Made by a program: the position numbers and the translations under genes. The notes under the pieces were generated by a model. That model made no database searches. It was given only the letters and a program-made list of their open reading frames with translations, and was not told the DNA's origin. A stretch of DNA of 64,000 nt, taken from contig MU054187.1 of assembly GCA_013239625.1 (NCBI GenBank), positions 22,323,280 to 22,387,279 on the forward strand, written 5' to 3'. How positions within the stretch are numbered: the stretch's first letter is position 1; every line of letters starts with the position of its first letter. Below, one piece after another: positions 63,391-64,000 of this stretch. This DNA is from Lama guanicoe (Eukaryota).

Positions 63391-64000
63391 TGCAGACTAG
63401 TTCATTCAACCTAATAGATGCCACTTCACAGTTTTTTAATGTAATTTTTTTAGTTGGTTGAAAACAATCACTATCTTTTTTTTTTAATTTAAGAAAAATT
63501 TTTGAGCTTGGAAATATCTTTTCCAAAGTAAGAACATAATGTATGGATAATTTAGAAAATTTAGAAAATAAATAAAAATTGCCCATAATAACATGAACAA
63601 TAGATGATGACTCTAAAGTTTGGTGTAACTACACATGCGTAAATAAGTCTATTCTATATCTATGATTATACATTCTATATTATAGCACATGTCTCAGTTA
63701 CCATTAAGCTTTAAGCATTCTATTTTTAGGTCATTAAATATTCATTATAAACATGAGCTGTTTGCTATTCCATACATGTTCATACCCTACCTAGTTTATT
63801 CAATAGTACCCATTACTGCACATCAGCGTGCGTAAACCTTTGTGCATCTTTGATTTTTTTCTCATACTTAGTGTGTTCTCATTATTTACTCTTTGTTCTG
63901 GTCACATTTGCCTTCTTATTATTCCTCAAAATGCCAGACACATTCCTGCCTGAAGAACTTTGCAATGGCTCTTCCCTCTGTCTGGAAGGCCCTTTTCCCT

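Noticed and set aside
1..64000. CRISPR array, prokaryotic operon or defence system
   Set aside because: There is no repeat-spacer array or gene-dense organisation; the sequence is mammalian non-coding DNA.

Overview
This is eukaryotic, mammalian DNA: AT-rich, CpG-depleted and dense in repeats. It is most likely from a camelid (alpaca, llama or camel), judged from about 10 copies of a tRNA-derived SINE of the Vic-1 type and young lineage-type L1 3' ends. I find no intact protein-coding gene I can recognise, and the window looks intronic or intergenic. Recognisable non-transposon retrocopies are a decayed processed COX6B1 pseudogene (~47108-47574, +) and a U1 snRNA retrocopy (48071-48226, +) nested in a SINE tail. 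Most of the remainder is L1/L1M fragments, ERV1/ERVL/MaLR LTRs, Tigger and hAT MITEs, L2 and MIR. The ORF track is mostly random ORFs or L1 ORF2 debris. The best leads are a nested SINE/U1/L1/SINE insertion, a minus-strand YAG|GTAAGT recursive-splice-like site next to a motif-rich promoter-like segment (~1.03-1.39 kb), a perfect hairpin combining HRE and C/EBP-ATF motifs near a bZIP-site cluster (19.1-20.5 kb), a 5'-inverted and internally primed L1, a fold-back templated insertion, and an orphan polyadenylated insert splitting a MIR. I cannot support a wholly new biological system here. Repeat family names come from recalled consensus sequences and boundaries without TSDs are approximate.
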